Below are positions 62,982-64,000 of a stretch of DNA of 64,000 nucleotides, in pieces (the first letter of the stretch is position 1; every line of letters begins with the position of its first letter). Location: the NCBI RefSeq assembly GCF_001194135.2, contig NC_068981.1, forward strand, positions 147,979,812 to 148,043,811, given 5' to 3'. The notes below the pieces were generated by a model, which did no database searches, had not been told where the DNA came from, and saw only the letters and a list, made by a program, of their open reading frames with translations. The translations under genes and the position numbers were made by a program. This DNA comes from Octopus bimaculoides. Taxonomy: Eukaryota.

Positions 62982-63897
62982 GTGTCTGAACGTGGAATTT
63001 TTAATGCTATGACCTTATTTCGTCTCGGAAGAGATTTGGGAAGAATGGAAAAAACCATTGACTGGTGTAGAAAATTTGGATTACTATCAAGACAAGAAAT
63101 CTATTGTGGATTGCCTTGTGTTAGTGGAAGTTATTTCCGTTCAATTGATAGAATAACTTGGAGATGTACTGTTTGCCGCAAAACTATAATCATACGGAAA
63201 GGCTCGTTTTTTTTCTTCTTCTTTTGAAAAAAGTTGGAAGTTTGGCAAATAATAGCTTTTACTCATTTATGGTGCATCAGTGTTGGAAAAGAAAGAGTGA
63301 AGCAGTAATGGCGCAATGTGAGATAATCTCATCCACAACATATGCAGATTGGAATCAATTCTGCCGTGATGTATGTGTAGCCCATTTTCTAAAACATGCA
63401 AGAAAAGTAGGTGGTACACAGGTTATTGTGGAAATTGATGAAACACTGATGCAAAAATGGAAATGTAATGTTGGCCGCTGCATTGAACATCAGTGGATAT
63501 TTGGAGGATACTCCCCTCACAAAAACTTGGTTTTTTAGTACCAGTTGAAGACCGAACTGCCAAAACATTGCTCCCAATTATCAATGAATTCATATCACCA
63601 GGAAGCATTATATATGCAGATAAATGGAAAGCATATCAAAGTTTATCACAAAATACATTATATAAACATTTGACGGTAAACCATACCATTAATTTTGTTG
63701 ATCCACAGACACATTGTACAACAAATCATGTTGAGTCAATGTGGTCTTCATGCAAAGACAAAATAAAATCAACTCATGGAGTAAATCGCAATGATTTGGT
63801 TGATTTCTGAGCGGAATTTATGTAGAGTCAGCAATTTGCACATGAACCATTTTTCAGCTTTTGGCCCCAAATAGCCACTGAGTTATATGTTGTATAA
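62982..63897 (+). pseudogene. Merlin / IS1595-like (ISXO2-type) DDE transposase, disrupted
   Basis: TWRCTVCRKTIIIRKGSFF zinc ribbon; DWNQFCRDVC; KVGG...VEIDE; QWIFGG; IYADKWKAY; HLTVNH; TTNHVESMW. Frameshifts at about 63215 and 63520; stops at 63808 and 63823. Confidence 0.9.
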
Positions 63898-64000
63898 TTT
63901 CTCTCTGTGAACTGGAAACAAAAATAAAAATTACAAAACATCGCAAACGTCTTAAACATATTTACTTTATTGTTTTATAATTATTTCTCTTGTATATCAC

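Overview
AT-rich, repeat-dense eukaryotic genomic DNA with several assembly gaps. The SINE families, (GAT)n-tailed RTE LINE and microsatellite load look most like a coleoid cephalopod (Octopus-like). That assignment is from recall of these families, not a database match. One clearly intact host gene is present: 40S ribosomal protein S5 (RPS5/uS7, 204 aa) on the minus strand. It has four coding exons (58274-58167, 57138-56929, 55266-55039, 54356-54288) and a 26-nt non-coding first exon starting at a TCT/5'TOP initiator (about 60860). The rest is mostly transposon relics: two decayed Ty3/Gypsy pol copies, a near full-length mariner, a 5'-truncated RTE LINE, a Penelope-like RT fragment, several Merlin-type elements, hAT, piggyBac-like and Tc1-like MITEs, and many tRNA-derived SINEs. 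I found no clearly new biological system. The most unusual observations are (i) two independent near-identical copies of neighbouring DNA inserted into the middle of MITEs, (ii) a GGATCT-ended, 8-bp-TSD Merlin family, (iii) two copies of a Penelope-type minimal hammerhead-like motif, (iv) telomere-like repeat blocks inside foldback MITEs, and (v) a few unexplained candidate + strand exons. All coordinates were read by eye and no searches were run.
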